Source: a virus. Taken from it: 64,000 bases of DNA. The DNA lies in the IMG/VR virus record IMGVR_UViG_3300021963_005690, positions 19,584 to 83,583 of that record, one strand, 5' to 3'. The position numbers and the translations under genes are program-made. Shown here piece after piece: positions 44,027 to 53,980 of the stretch (position 1 is its first letter; each line of letters starts with the position of its first letter). The notes beneath the pieces are model-generated. The model searched no databases and was not told where the DNA came from. It was given only the letters and a program-made list of their open reading frames with translations.

Positions 44027-44720
44027 TATTTAATTCCTTTATTAATAAATCTGCTACATTGATATGTTCTTCTTTTGACCAATATTCTTTATCAGTTTCT
44101 TTACCTGGTATATTTCTAGAAGCATTTAGCAAATTAGTTCCTCTTAATATATAGTTACTTACATCATTGAATTCATTATCTTCACATTGGTCGCACCATA
44201 CGTCAAATGCTAACCACCTACATCCTGCCTTATCTAATACATTTTGACAAGATGTAAACATTACTTTGAACATTTCTTTATACCAAGGTTCAGAATTAAA
44301 CGGCCCGTAAGCTGACCACATAAAGTTTTTAGCATAGTGACAGGTTGTACGATCCATTAAATGGTATGATAATCTTTTAGTTCTTATTCCGTCATCATCT
44401 TCATTTAAATCTGTTATCCTATAATGGATATCCGGATGATTAGGAATAATATCATACTCGTTTGCTAGGCCAAACTCAAAACGGGTAGGCGCTGTCCATC
44501 CTATCAATACAATATCATCTTTTGTTAAAGGCAATGATTGTAATTTTCTAGCGATTCTCCAATTACTAGATGCAGGTAATGAATAATCAGTTAGTGGTTG
44601 ATTTAACTTTTTAGCTAAAACTGCAGGCCATACAAGTTCTTTTCGCTGGTCCTCACTTATACTAGCATCAGTAAAAAAGTTCCAACCCCACATGTAACTA
44701 TCACCAAATGTGTAAATCAT
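44007..44720 (-). CDS. SGNH-hydrolase-like protein
   Basis: FGDSY, WP..LA, SN..I, WT...R; canonical DxxH appears degenerate. Confidence 0.6.
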   Translation of the reverse strand: MIYTFGDSYMWGWNFFTDASISEDQRKELVWPAVLAKKLNQPLTDYSLPASSNWRIARKLQSLPLTKDDIVLIGWTAPTRFEFGLANEYDIIPNHPDIHYRITDLNEDDDGIRTKRLSYHLMDRTTCHYAKNFMWSAYGPFNSEPWYKEMFKVMFTSCQNVLDKAGCRWLAFDVWCDQCEDNEFNDVSNYILRGTNLLNASRNIPGKETDKEYWSKEEHINVADLLIKELNNGYSNN

Positions 44721-46030
44721 TTATGTAACAATTCTTTTAATTCAGCCATAGTAGAATTCCAATTATCATATTCTGTTTGACGTATAATTTGTAAATTGTT
44801 ACTATACCATTTGCTATAATTACCAGGTATTGCCCAAGTGTAATAATTTAAGATAGGTACACATACATATGTTTTTTTATCCATTGCCGCTGCCGCATGT
44901 GCCAATGATGTACAGCTAGAAACAATAATATCCATTTGATCAATATAATCTAAAGTGTCTTCCCAAGAATTAATTTTATCTTTAAGATTGATTACTCTAG
45001 GATGATAAAAATCTTCATCAAGGTGAAACGAGTAAATTGTATAATCTTCTGGTATAGCATTTATTGTATCTTCCCAGGGAATAGTTCTATGCAAGTCTTG
45101 ATCATATTTAGGATTACCCATTGTTTTAATGCCAACTTTTTTATTTCCCGGCAATTGTTTTTTAACACGTAAGGGGGTAATATATGGTCCATACCACAAG
45201 TCCTCTTGTTCAAGTTCTAAATAACAAGGTACGGGCATGGCGTAGCACCATAACCAATCAGGTTTATATTCTTTCAAATTCGTGATTGTTTCAAAACCTG
45301 CACGTCTAAATATACTTGCCAAATCTTCTTTTGTTGTATACCATATAGGTTTCATTCCTTTATCTCTGAGATGTTTTGCAAATCTAACAGATATAATTTC
45401 ATCTCCCATGCCACCCTCAGAACATATAAGAATAGTCTTACCGGGTATTATGGTGCCAGTAAAATTATTTTCTTTTGGTAAATTATAGCTTTCCCATATG
45501 TTTAACTCTCTACCAGCAAGCAATACTTTTCGTAGTCCTGGTCTAAAATTACCAGCACTCAACTCATATGTACCAAGATTAAACGTAACTCTTTTATCAA
45601 CATCTTTTGTTCTAGGTTGAGTTAATATATTTCTAAGTATTTTTTCACCGATTGGTTTTTGATTTAATAAAAAGTAAACCATTGCCTTATCCATTTGATT
45701 TGGGTGGTCATTTGGTTTTTCTTTTTCATTAATCAAAATGTATTCTAATGCTTCTATAGGTTGATTTAAATTCAGATGGGCACGAATAATATTTACACGT
45801 GCAGTATATCGTGTTTCATCATCTGTACATAAGTTATAAATTTTATGAGCAAGTTCTAATGTGTCGTTGAATTCACGAATATCGGCATATAATTTACCAA
45901 TTTGATCTATATGGTCTATTGTACTAGCATAGGGTTTTAGCAAATCTAAAACAATTTTAGCTTTATTATTTTCTTTTAAGTCTATAAAAAATTCAACCGT
46001 TGATAATGGGGTTTTAGCTATTTGAGTCAT
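44717..46030 (-). CDS. TPR-like plus GT9-like (heptosyltransferase fold) glycosyltransferase
   Basis: EGGMGDEI..RF, HR.IP, WEDT...I..MD.IVS.CTSLAH.AAAM, WY. Confidence 0.8.
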   Translation of the reverse strand: MTQIAKTPLSTVEFFIDLKENNKAKIVLDLLKPYASTIDHIDQIGKLYADIREFNDTLELAHKIYNLCTDDETRYTARVNIIRAHLNLNQPIEALEYILINEKEKPNDHPNQMDKAMVYFLLNQKPIGEKILRNILTQPRTKDVDKRVTFNLGTYELSAGNFRPGLRKVLLAGRELNIWESYNLPKENNFTGTIIPGKTILICSEGGMGDEIISVRFAKHLRDKGMKPIWYTTKEDLASIFRRAGFETITNLKEYKPDWLWCYAMPVPCYLELEQEDLWYGPYITPLRVKKQLPGNKKVGIKTMGNPKYDQDLHRTIPWEDTINAIPEDYTIYSFHLDEDFYHPRVINLKDKINSWEDTLDYIDQMDIIVSSCTSLAHAAAAMDKKTYVCVPILNYYTWAIPGNYSKWYSNNLQIIRQTEYDNWNSTMAELKELLHK

Positions 46031-46571
46031 CTTTAATTACCTTTAGTATCATTTCCATAGTACCTATAACATTATTAGTTGTTCTTAAAATATGATTAAT
46101 TTGTTCTTCTGGCATAGTTTTAAACGTTTCTTCATAATAAGGATCATAGTGCAATCTATGTGCTATCATTTCAAAATCCACATTATTAATAATGGCAACA
46201 GGAGTTTCATTTCCATTGTTCATAATATCTCTTAAATTGTGCTTGCGAGAAAACATATTCAATGTTTCTGGATAGATTGGTCTTCTATGAGTCGGATCAA
46301 TTAAAAAAGTATCATGTCTAGGATGAGGTACTTCTATATGTATAGTAGCACCATTCTTACATACCCGATATAATTCTTTCATACAATGAAAAAATCCTTC
46401 ACCTAGATGTTCTAATATATGAATAGCCCTAACTTCATCTACAGTAGAATCGTTAAATGGAAATTCATCTTTTTCAAGATCAACTACGTAATCCGGTTTA
46501 CATGCTGGGCTTGAATCTATATTTACAAATCCAGGTACTTTTTTATATCCTGATCCTATATTAATTTTCAT
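46014..46571 (-). CDS. class I SAM methyltransferase (Methyltransf_11)
   Basis: INIGSG, HILEHL, ELYRVCK.GA, DPTH. Confidence 0.88.
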   Translation of the reverse strand: MKINIGSGYKKVPGFVNIDSSPACKPDYVVDLEKDEFPFNDSTVDEVRAIHILEHLGEGFFHCMKELYRVCKNGATIHIEVPHPRHDTFLIDPTHRRPIYPETLNMFSRKHNLRDIMNNGNETPVAIINNVDFEMIAHRLHYDPYYEETFKTMPEEQINHILRTTNNVIGTMEMILKVIKDDSNS

Positions 46572-47112
46572 TTTTTATTACTTTCATAAACATATGTGTT
46601 TCAATATACACATTATTAAAATTGTCAGATACCATTTGTATTTCTTCCGGGGACATGGATTTAAATCTTTCTTCCCAAACTGGTCTAGCAATATTTCTGT
46701 ATTTTACTACTTCAAAATCTACATTAAGCTTTAATCCAAATCCAGAAGATGAATTAAATTGTTCTATATGCCATTGATTATATGATTTAGAAAATAATAG
46801 AAACTGATCCATTGTCAATGTACGTTTATGAGTTGGGTCCATATGCTGTACATCTGAACGATGATGTGGGAATTTAATATCCAATGACGCATCATGTTTA
46901 CATACACGATAAAGCTCCTTCATTAGATTTAAAAAATTATCACCTATATGTTCTAATACATGATGCGCTCTTATTTCGGATACTGAAGAATCTTCAAATG
47001 GCAATGGTTCATGTTCAAAATCAACAATATAGTCTGGATTTACTAATGGATCGTGGTCTACATTTAAATACCCGTCAAATCGAGTATATCCACTACCTAA
47101 ATTAATTTTCAT
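46561..47112 (-). CDS. class I SAM methyltransferase, tandem paralogue
   Basis: INLGSG, HVLEHI, ELYRVCK, DPTH. Confidence 0.88.
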   Translation of the reverse strand: MKINLGSGYTRFDGYLNVDHDPLVNPDYIVDFEHEPLPFEDSSVSEIRAHHVLEHIGDNFLNLMKELYRVCKHDASLDIKFPHHRSDVQHMDPTHKRTLTMDQFLLFSKSYNQWHIEQFNSSSGFGLKLNVDFEVVKYRNIARPVWEERFKSMSPEEIQMVSDNFNNVYIETHMFMKVIKNEN

Positions 47113-47647
47113 TTGTTTCCTGTTCTGGTTTTTTACCAATCAGTCTATAATATTGTACAAGACCATCTTCAATTGAATGGAATAACCAAGGTCTAAAAAT
47201 AACACCTTGATTAGGTTCTAATCGAATATTCACGCATACATCCCATTCCATCATGTTTCTGTAATTAAACTTATATCCATCTAATGCACTTCTAGCATTT
47301 ACTTTACTTAATGGGCCGGCTTCTAAATGATTGTATAAATTGAATGTAGTAGGTTCAAGAGCTACGATGAAACACCATTCAGTTAAATCATCAAATTCTT
47401 CAAAATGGATAATACAATTCATTGGTCGTCTGAATATACCTGAACGAACCTGATCTACAATAACTTCTTCTCCGATCACGTTACTAAAAACAGGATCTAG
47501 TCCCGGAAAAACTAAATTAAAATTATCTATCTCTAAACCATATTGTTTTTCTACAAATTGTAAATTCCTACTTATCATATATAATTTATGAGCATCATCA
47601 TCTGGAAAAAAATCATCTGCATGTATTAACTTAACTTCTTTACTCAT
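47102..47647 (-). CDS. 2OG-Fe(II) oxygenase-like protein
   Basis: DDFF, IHFE, W.....N...IF....FHS. Confidence 0.6.
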   Translation of the reverse strand: MSKEVKLIHADDFFPDDDAHKLYMISRNLQFVEKQYGLEIDNFNLVFPGLDPVFSNVIGEEVIVDQVRSGIFRRPMNCIIHFEEFDDLTEWCFIVALEPTTFNLYNHLEAGPLSKVNARSALDGYKFNYRNMMEWDVCVNIRLEPNQGVIFRPWLFHSIEDGLVQYYRLIGKKPEQETNEN

Positions 47648-48442
47648 TTATCCCACCAACAGTAACTCATTATCAATCTTATTAAAAAATTCTAATAAAT
47701 CCTTACTTAATATTTGTGTAGGGTCATTACTAGTTTTAGTAATTGTATCTCGTATATTATGTAGATTTTTGAATCCCCATGCATCATCCTTTTGTTCTCC
47801 GCAAGTATTTGAAATATTGTTATATGAATGTTGATATTCAGGTATCCCAAGAAAATTATATATGCGTTTCATTTGTGTTTCAGTATCATTAACTATATCA
47901 TCATAATTAACAATTAACAAATTGTCTCTATGATGTTCTAACCCATATTTTAATGATTCGTATGGGTCATTTGAATAATTATACCAAAGTTTCATTGCTC
48001 TATGATACGTATCGCATGGTAGTCCTAATTCTCTTAATTCCCTATCTACACTGTTGTGTGGGTCTTTTTCAATTAATTTTAAAAAAGAACAAATGTTTTC
48101 AGCGATAGGTCTATATGTACAGATAATTTTTGGATTATCTGTGATATGTGTTTTAATTTGTGTTACATTTCTTGGCCAGCCACGATGTTTATCAATAACA
48201 TATGGTTTATTAATATTAGCATAAAAAGTACTTGGTATATGATATTGAAGATTATTCAATGTTGTTTTTTTATCAAACGTATATTGAACTTCTACTTTGT
48301 TGTAAACCTCTTCAGTTAGACAAAAAATATCCATTAATGGACTTGTTGGTGATACATGTATGTCTGGGTTTTGATTTAAAATAGATCCTAATAGTGTGGA
48401 TCCTGACCGAGCTATACCCGATAAAAAAAACAATTGTTTCAT
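47648..48442 (-). CDS. sulfotransferase family protein
   Basis: GIARSGSTLL..ILNQNP, DK.RGW, R...E...SF, YDD. Confidence 0.88.
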   Translation of the reverse strand: MKQLFFLSGIARSGSTLLGSILNQNPDIHVSPTSPLMDIFCLTEEVYNKVEVQYTFDKKTTLNNLQYHIPSTFYANINKPYVIDKHRGWPRNVTQIKTHITDNPKIICTYRPIAENICSFLKLIEKDPHNSVDRELRELGLPCDTYHRAMKLWYNYSNDPYESLKYGLEHHRDNLLIVNYDDIVNDTETQMKRIYNFLGIPEYQHSYNNISNTCGEQKDDAWGFKNLHNIRDTITKTSNDPTQILSKDLLEFFNKIDNELLLVG

Positions 48443-48531
48443 AATTTACTCACAGTTAGCAGTTATTTAGTGAGTATGTACGTTATTAAAAAAATTAACG
48501 GGCGTACCGTTTTAATTATTTTTACAAAATA

Positions 48532-49716
48532 TTAAAAAGGAGCGTATAGGTAGATCATCCCTATAGCAAAATTTGTTCCAGCTGCTATAGAACTCCAATT
48601 AGTTCCACTTGCTATTGTTTGTACTGGACTTGATCTACTAATATTACTATTATTACCAAGTTCACCACTACCGCCAGTTCCCCACATCCATAATGTACCA
48701 TCTGTTTTTATAGCTCCGGTAAAATTGTATCCAGCCGAAGCCTGTCTCCAACCAGTTCCTCCACTAACAGTTTGCACAGGACTAGAACTATTAATAGTAG
48801 TATTATCACCAAGTTGACCATTATCATTTCGCCCCCAACCCCATAATGTCCCATCTGTTTTAATAGATAACATGAAACTATTTCCGTTACTAATACTACT
48901 CCAGTTAGTTCCACTTGCTATTGTTTGCACTGGACTTGATTGATTAATGGTAGTATTATTTCCTAAATCTCCAGATGAATTTCTACCCCATACCCACAAT
49001 GTGCCATCAGTTTTTATAGCAGCCGACGTGAATGCACCGGCTGCTATCTGATTCCAATTGGTTCCGCCGCCTATAACTTGATTTGGACTTGAAACTTTTA
49101 TTGTTGAATTAGTACCAAGCTGTCCGTAATTATTACCTCCCCATACCCATAACGTTCCGTCTGTTTTAGTTGCTAACGTATGAAGACCTCCGGCTGATAC
49201 ATTAAACCATGATGGGCCACCTGAAATGGTTTGTGTCGGATTTGCTCGTTGTGTTACTGAGTTGTCACCTAGTTGTCCCTGTGTGTTTCTACCCCAACAC
49301 CATAATGTGCCATCAGATTTAATTGCGGTAGTAAATTTATCTGTTGCAAGTCCATTACCAGTTGAACACGACACACTTTTCCAATTTGTTCCACCACTAC
49401 TAGTTTGAATAGGGCTTGATTGATTTGTTCCTGAACTTGCACCAAGTTGACCATAATTATTTCGTCCCCACATCCATAATGTACCGTCATCTTTAACTGA
49501 TCCACTAAATTCAAATCCTGCACTTGATTGTTTCCAATTAATTCCTCCAGAACTAGTTTGCACCGGTGAATAGTAAGTATCACCTATGGTACCAGTTCCA
49601 AGTTGTCCGTAATAATTACTTCCCCACCCCCACAATACACTTTGATTGAAAAAACTTCTAGGTACTAATACAGTATCGAGGTCTTGTCCATTAAATTTGA
49701 ATCCGTTATTTGCCAT
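48532..49716 (-). CDS. RCC1/BLIP-II repeat beta-propeller protein
   Basis: about 7 repeats of IKTDGTLW.WG.N..GQLG...SSPVQT..GGTNW. Confidence 0.92.
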   Translation of the reverse strand: MANNGFKFNGQDLDTVLVPRSFFNQSVLWGWGSNYYGQLGTGTIGDTYYSPVQTSSGGINWKQSSAGFEFSGSVKDDGTLWMWGRNNYGQLGASSGTNQSSPIQTSSGGTNWKSVSCSTGNGLATDKFTTAIKSDGTLWCWGRNTQGQLGDNSVTQRANPTQTISGGPSWFNVSAGGLHTLATKTDGTLWVWGGNNYGQLGTNSTIKVSSPNQVIGGGTNWNQIAAGAFTSAAIKTDGTLWVWGRNSSGDLGNNTTINQSSPVQTIASGTNWSSISNGNSFMLSIKTDGTLWGWGRNDNGQLGDNTTINSSSPVQTVSGGTGWRQASAGYNFTGAIKTDGTLWMWGTGGSGELGNNSNISRSSPVQTIASGTNWSSIAAGTNFAIGMIYLYAPF

Positions 49717-49764
49717 TACGTATTACCTAAATTATAAATTAATATGTTATGATTATTCATATTT

Positions 49765-50988
49765 TTACATATTATACATGTTAAAATCTCTAATTGAGGC
49801 GACGCCTAGGGTAGATGCTGAACATTGTGTCCAATTATATCCACTAGCTATAGTCTGTATCGGGCTTGATATATTTGCGGAGAAACCCGGAGCTCCGGCT
49901 GCTCCAGATTGATTATCTCCCCAAATCCACAATGATCCGTCAGTTTTAATTGCAGCTCTTGGACCGTTTCCCATTGAGATTTGTTTCCAATTTGTGCCTC
50001 CTGATATAGATTGCACTGGGCTAGATTCAGGATTAATAGAGGGATTACTACCGCCGAGTTGACCATTAAAATTTCTTCCCCAAAGCCATAATGTTCCATC
50101 AGATTTTATCCCTGCACAGGCAGTTGGTCCTGCAGAAACTGATACCCAATTTGTTCCGCCGGCAACAGTTTGCACTGGACTTGAACTTCTAGGAGTAGTA
50201 TTAATACCTAGTTGACTGTTTGAGTTTTCTCCCCAACCCCATAATGTTCCATCTGTTTTTATAGCTGCCATAATACCAGTTGTTCCACCGGGCGCTGCAC
50301 CAGCCGCTGAAATTAGTCTCCAATTAGTTCCGCCGGAAATAGTTTGTATTGGACTGGACCTATTAATAGTATTACCGGTACCAAGTTGACCATTATTGTT
50401 TCTTCCCCAAACCCATAATGTACCATCTGTTTTTATAGCCCCCATAAAGAAACCGGAATTTGATACTTGTTTCCAAATTGCTGTACCTGAAACTGTTTGA
50501 ACAGGACTAGAACTATTAATAATAGAATTACGGCCAAGCTGACCATAATTATTGAGACCCCATGTCCATAATGTACCATCTGTTTTAATTGCCGCAGTCG
50601 TACTGTTATTAGTTGAAACTTGTTTCCAATTGGTGCCTCCAGTACTAGTTTGTACAGGACTTGATTGAATTGTAGTGTTTAGATTTCCTAATTGACCATT
50701 GTTATTACTTCCCCACATCCATAATCTACCGTCTGTTTTTATAGAGCCTGTAATTTCTGAGCCACACGAAACTTGGCTCCAATTTGAACCGGAAGCAATA
50801 GTTTGTACTGGGCTAGATACATTTGTTGAGGTATTATTACCTAATACACCTGATTGACCTGTACCCCAAAGATACAATCCAGACATTTTAAATGTATTAA
50901 CTAATTCTGGATATCTATCTATAAGGTATGATTTGGTTACGTATATTTTATCAACATCAGTTCCATTATAATTGAAATTAGTTGGCAT
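49765..50988 (-). CDS. RCC1/BLIP-II repeat protein
   Basis: same repeat, about 7 copies. Confidence 0.92.
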   Translation of the reverse strand: MPTNFNYNGTDVDKIYVTKSYLIDRYPELVNTFKMSGLYLWGTGQSGVLGNNTSTNVSSPVQTIASGSNWSQVSCGSEITGSIKTDGRLWMWGSNNNGQLGNLNTTIQSSPVQTSTGGTNWKQVSTNNSTTAAIKTDGTLWTWGLNNYGQLGRNSIINSSSPVQTVSGTAIWKQVSNSGFFMGAIKTDGTLWVWGRNNNGQLGTGNTINRSSPIQTISGGTNWRLISAAGAAPGGTTGIMAAIKTDGTLWGWGENSNSQLGINTTPRSSSPVQTVAGGTNWVSVSAGPTACAGIKSDGTLWLWGRNFNGQLGGSNPSINPESSPVQSISGGTNWKQISMGNGPRAAIKTDGSLWIWGDNQSGAAGAPGFSANISSPIQTIASGYNWTQCSASTLGVASIRDFNMYNM

Positions 50989-50989
50989 T

Positions 50990-51613
50990 TTATTCCTTTA
51001 TGACAATAGATTCAATAGTTTCAAGTGTTGCTAAATTAATTTCATCATTTTTATTTGATTCCCATTCAAATGATTTTTGAAAGTGATCGACTATTTTATT
51101 AAAAATTATTGATAGATGTTCGTTTGTTAATGTAATCCAAGTGTGTTGATCTATTTTCCAATTTATATTAGTAGCACCGGCTGTTACATAATTAAGGAAA
51201 GACATTCTTGTTAAAGGATCTGTGGGGAACTTATATGTATTACCATTTATTTCTACCTCAACCCCACTATGTAATTTTTCCCAACGTACATCTGCAATTT
51301 CTTGTTTTAAAAAGTTTCTTATAGCTTCTAACGAATATGATTCTACAGTCATACTAGAAATTGCATGTGTATCAGTAAATGTCCAAAAAGGTCCATGTAG
51401 ATATTGTGTTCTTGTATTATATTCAGGATTAGGTTCACTATCAACCGGATATATTTTTATTTCATCATTAACTGTAACAACTTTGTTGTCATCATTTTTT
51501 AAATCTAACACAGTAGATATTTCACAATCGTCATTAATTACTTCTGAAAAGCGCCTGGCATTCCAAATCATTGGTCCTAAAATTACTCTTCCATTATAAA
51601 CTATTACAAACAT
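50990..51613 (-). CDS. DUF4376-like tail-fibre assembly/accessory protein
   Basis: RWEK..SGV.V, TD..TR, NWK, F.WE. Confidence 0.65.
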   Translation of the reverse strand: MFVIVYNGRVILGPMIWNARRFSEVINDDCEISTVLDLKNDDNKVVTVNDEIKIYPVDSEPNPEYNTRTQYLHGPFWTFTDTHAISSMTVESYSLEAIRNFLKQEIADVRWEKLHSGVEVEINGNTYKFPTDPLTRMSFLNYVTAGATNINWKIDQHTWITLTNEHLSIIFNKIVDHFQKSFEWESNKNDEINLATLETIESIVIKE

Positions 51614-51637
51614 TTTTATTCCTTAAAATTATATTTA

Positions 51638-53974
51638 TCAACTTGGATACAAATTATATGCATCATAGAAATATATACCTTGCATAATATATTCACCTAC
51701 TGAAATTGATTTCCAATTATTTCCACCTGCAATAGTTTGAATAGGGCTTGACCTATTAATAATAGTATTATTACCTAGTTGACCTTGGGTATTTTTGCCC
51801 CAGGTCCACAAGGTACCGTCTGTTTTTATTCCAGCTGAAAAATTAGCTCCCATAGAAACAAATTTCCAGTTTGTTCCACCTGAAATAGTTTGTACCGGGC
51901 TTGATGTATTAGCTGTACCATTATTTCCTAAAGCACCATCCGTATTTGAGCCCCACGTCCATAATGTTCCATTTAGTTTTATGGCGGCTGTATTTATATT
52001 TCCGGCTGCAACTTGAAGCCAATCAGTACCACCCGAAACAGTTTGTACTGGGATTGATTTACTAGTTATACTATTATCACCTAATTGTCCTTCATTGTTT
52101 CTTCCCCAAGTCCATAGTGTGCCATCTGTTTTTATAGCAGCCATATGCTGGCCCTGATTAGCCATAGATACCTGTAGCCAATTGGAAGCAACTGCTGGCC
52201 ATGCCGCAGGTATAGTAATATTAGTTGTGACATTAACTAGAATCTGAGTCATTTGACCCTGATTATCCTGAGTTCCCCATAAATATAACGATCCATTTAT
52301 TTTTATTGCCCCATTCATGAAACTACCTAGCCTGATACACTTATTCCAATCTGTACCTACCCCGTTTGCTGTAGTACCAGATGCTTCGTTTGAACCAACA
52401 GGCGTGGGTGTAGTTCTTGTTATTTGAGCACCGTCACCTATCAGAGAAAAACTTCCTAATCCCCAGGTCCATAATGTATTATCTGTTTTTATGGCTGTAG
52501 TGTTGCCCCGACTATTATCTTTTTGAACGTCTTTCCAATTAGTTCCAGCACTGGATGTCTGTACTGGACTAGACCTAGAAATAGTAGTATTATCACCAAG
52601 TTGACCGTAACCATTGTTGCCCCAACTCCATAATCTACCGTCTGTTTTAATTGCGGATGCATTGTAGTTGCCACCTGCTACTTGTCTCCAATTATTACCG
52701 CCGGAAATAGTTTGTACTGGACTGTTTTTACTAATGCCAGTGTTATCGCCAAGGGCTCCTCCAGAGCCATTTCCCCATGCCCATAATGTGCCATCTGTTT
52801 TAATTGCGTAAGCTGTAAATCTGCCAGCAGAACTTCTCCTATTAGTAGACCAATCCCAATTTGTACCCCCTGCAATTGTTTGTACCGGACTTGATCTACT
52901 AGTGTTGGTTCCATCACCGAGTTGACCATAGTTATTAGTTCCCCAAGTCCATAATGTACCGTCTGACTTTACCCCAATAGCATAACTGCCTATAGCAGAA
53001 GGATCACATAGATATATCTGTTTCCAATTGGTTCCGGAACTAATAGTTTGTATCGGGCTAGATACGTCAATATTAGCACCATTACCGAGTTGACCTTCGG
53101 AATTTCTGCCCCAAAGCCACAATGTTCCATCACTTTTTATTCCTGCCGATTGTTGATAACCAGTCGCAATTTGTATCCAATTTGTTCCTCCGGAAATAGT
53201 TTGAACCGGTGAATCAACACTAATCGTATTGTTGGTACCTAGTTGACCTCTAGCATTTCTTCCCCAACCCCATAATGTACCGTCAGTTTTTAAGGCGATA
53301 GTTTGGGTGTTGCAGGTAACTACCTCACTCCAACCTCCTGCCGCTATATCCACTGGTATTTGTTGATTAACAGTATTACCAATACCAAGCTGACCATGAT
53401 TATTGCGACCCCATGTCCATAAACTGTTATTTGTTTTTATGGCTCCGAGTGAGTCAACACCGGTCGTAACTATAGCCCAATTGGTTCCTCCAATAATAGT
53501 TTGAACCGGGCTAGACCTACTGTAGCCATTTGTATATATAGCTAGTTGGCCATAGTTATTTCTTCCCCACGTCCATAGTTGTCCATTTTGTTTTACTGCC
53601 GCAGTATTATCTTGTCCGCATGCGACTGTTCTCCAATTGGTTCCGCCGCTTGTAACTTGATTTGGACTTGATCTATTAATAGTAGTACCGCTACCTAGCT
53701 GTCCGTAATTATTGATTCCCCAAGTCCATAATGTACCGTCAGTTTTTACAGATGCAGCATGGCGTTGTCCACTTACCGCATTTAGCCAATTTGTTCCACC
53801 CGCAGCAGTTTGCACTGGACTGGATCTATAAATAACATTATTAGTTCCTAATAGGCCCGAGAAGTTTTCTCCCCATCCCCACAACGAACCAGTAATAACA
53901 AATTGATTTAAGTACGCTTGAGATATATAATAGTTGTCAAAAGAAGTACCATTTACACTAAAATTTGTTGACAT
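51638..53974 (-). CDS. double RCC1/BLIP-II propeller protein
   Basis: about 14 repeats. Confidence 0.92.
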   Translation of the reverse strand: MSTNFSVNGTSFDNYYISQAYLNQFVITGSLWGWGENFSGLLGTNNVIYRSSPVQTAAGGTNWLNAVSGQRHAASVKTDGTLWTWGINNYGQLGSGTTINRSSPNQVTSGGTNWRTVACGQDNTAAVKQNGQLWTWGRNNYGQLAIYTNGYSRSSPVQTIIGGTNWAIVTTGVDSLGAIKTNNSLWTWGRNNHGQLGIGNTVNQQIPVDIAAGGWSEVVTCNTQTIALKTDGTLWGWGRNARGQLGTNNTISVDSPVQTISGGTNWIQIATGYQQSAGIKSDGTLWLWGRNSEGQLGNGANIDVSSPIQTISSGTNWKQIYLCDPSAIGSYAIGVKSDGTLWTWGTNNYGQLGDGTNTSRSSPVQTIAGGTNWDWSTNRRSSAGRFTAYAIKTDGTLWAWGNGSGGALGDNTGISKNSPVQTISGGNNWRQVAGGNYNASAIKTDGRLWSWGNNGYGQLGDNTTISRSSPVQTSSAGTNWKDVQKDNSRGNTTAIKTDNTLWTWGLGSFSLIGDGAQITRTTPTPVGSNEASGTTANGVGTDWNKCIRLGSFMNGAIKINGSLYLWGTQDNQGQMTQILVNVTTNITIPAAWPAVASNWLQVSMANQGQHMAAIKTDGTLWTWGRNNEGQLGDNSITSKSIPVQTVSGGTDWLQVAAGNINTAAIKLNGTLWTWGSNTDGALGNNGTANTSSPVQTISGGTNWKFVSMGANFSAGIKTDGTLWTWGKNTQGQLGNNTIINRSSPIQTIAGGNNWKSISVGEYIMQGIYFYDAYNLYPS

Positions 53975-53980
53975 TTTATA

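Noticed and set aside
48532-53974. CRISPR array or diversity-generating retroelement
   Set aside because: The repeats are in-frame protein repeats with synonymous variation; no reverse transcriptase, cas gene or adenine-specific TR/VR pair was seen.
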